NCBI RefSeq assembly: GCF_006345805.1
Contig: NW_021836943.1
Span: 1-22,066, forward strand
Length of the DNA: 22,066 nt
Reading direction: 5' to 3'
Source: Octopus sinensis
Lineage: Eukaryota
Both the position numbers and the translations under genes were made by a program. Each line of letters begins with the position of its first letter. The stretch's first letter is position 1. The notes under the pieces were generated by a model. The model searched no databases. It was given only the letters and a program-made list of their open reading frames with translations, and was not told the origin of the DNA. Shown in pieces: positions 21,067 to 22,066 of the stretch.

Positions 21067-21537
21067 TGTATACAGGATAACGGAAAGGTATTGGGTTGAC
21101 GAAGATTAGAGGAGAAAGTGTCGTTATAATCGTTGAGTGTTCCTGATAAACTGCGACTGTCGCTGGAACAGAAGTGGACAAAGAACACACACACTCACAC
21201 ACGCACACAAAGAAACACAGAAACACATACATACATACGTATAATAAAAAGTTTTGCTGTAGTATGTTTCTCAGGAGACACTTAAATCAATTCAGAATGT
21301 GTAAATATATATATTATATATACGCACATACATATACATATATAGATACATCCCTGTGTGTGAGTGTATATATACGTTTTGTGCGTGTTTTATATGTGTG
21401 TGTGTGGTTGCATACGTCTTGTATGTGTTGTGTACGTGTGTGTGTGCATGTGTGTATGTGTATATGTTTGGATGTATATCAATATGTGTATATGCATATC
21501 TATATATTTGTACTTACACATTTACAAGCTATATATA

Positions 21538-21704
21538 TTATTTTCTAATCTAGGCACAAGGCCGGAAACTTTGGGGTAGGGGGACAGTCGATTATATTGA
21601 TACCAGTACGCAACTGGTACTTAATTTATCGACCGCGAAAGGGCGAAAGGCAAGGTCAATCTCGGCGAAATTTGAACTCAGAATGTAAAGACAGACGAAA
21701 TACC
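21538..21704 (-). mobile_element. SINE family 2, tail type B, lacking the A box (second monomer of a dimer)
   Basis: Begins ggtatttcgtctg directly after the aaagaaata end of the 21705-21934 copy; retains the B box, central domain and B tail. Confidence 0.85.
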
Positions 21705-21934
21705 TATTTCTTTACTACCCACAAGGACTAAACACAGAGGGAACAAACAAGGACAGACAGACGGATTAAGTCGATTAGTTCGACCCCAGTGTGTAACAGG
21801 TACTTATTTAATCGACCCCGAAAGGATGAAAGGCAAAGTCGACCTCGGCGGAATTTGAACTCAGAACATAGCGGCAGATGAAATACCGCTAAGCATTTCG
21901 CCCGGCGTGCTAACGTTTCTGCCAGCTCGCCACC
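21705..21934 (-). mobile_element. Full-length SINE family 2, tail type A
   Basis: Reverse complement is highly similar to 4893-5123; A and B boxes are present. Confidence 0.93.
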
Positions 21935-21950
21935 TTACAAGCTTGCATAT

Positions 21951-22066
21951 ATTATTTTCTATTCTAGGCACAAGGAGGGACAAGGAGGGGTCCAGTCGAT
22001 TATATCAACACCTGTACGCAACTCGAAAAGATGACAGGTAAGTCGACCTCGGCGGAATTTGAACTC
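21951..22066 (-). mobile_element. Internally deleted SINE family 2, tail type B, cut by the window end
   Basis: gagttcaaattccgccgaggtcgac...cttgtgcctagaatagaaaataat on the minus strand. Confidence 0.8.

Noticed and set aside
21077-21166. Splice-like signals on both strands (12-nt plus microexon 21077-21088; minus acceptor near 21166)
   Set aside because: Each has one weak site (no pyrimidine tract, or a poor donor), and they conflict in strand.

Overview
Repeat-saturated, AT-rich eukaryotic genomic DNA with no intact protein-coding gene. The two dominant tRNA-derived SINE families and the density of (TACA)n, (AGAT)n, (TA)n, (ATT)n and (ACC)n repeats look like octopus/cephalopod DNA; this is recognition from memory, not a database result. 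Most ORFs in the supplied track are translations of microsatellites. Supported elements: two mariner relics, a Tc1 5' relic, a 5' fragment of an L1/Tx1-type LINE (ORF1 fused to part of the endonuclease), a decayed RTE-like LINE 3' fragment, 11 SINE copies or fragments from two families (two with clear target-site duplications, several nested or head-to-tail), and a 2.4-kb Thr/Asn-type minisatellite with 15-bp units and 105/150-bp higher-order repeats. The most notable find is a type I hammerhead ribozyme with an intact catalytic core on the minus strand at 2223-2333. It is accompanied by an inverted pair of hammerhead-like, Penelope-pLTR-like arms at 1-504 and a related terminal motif near 11.95 kb, which together suggest an unannotated ribozyme-bearing retroelement or retrozyme family.
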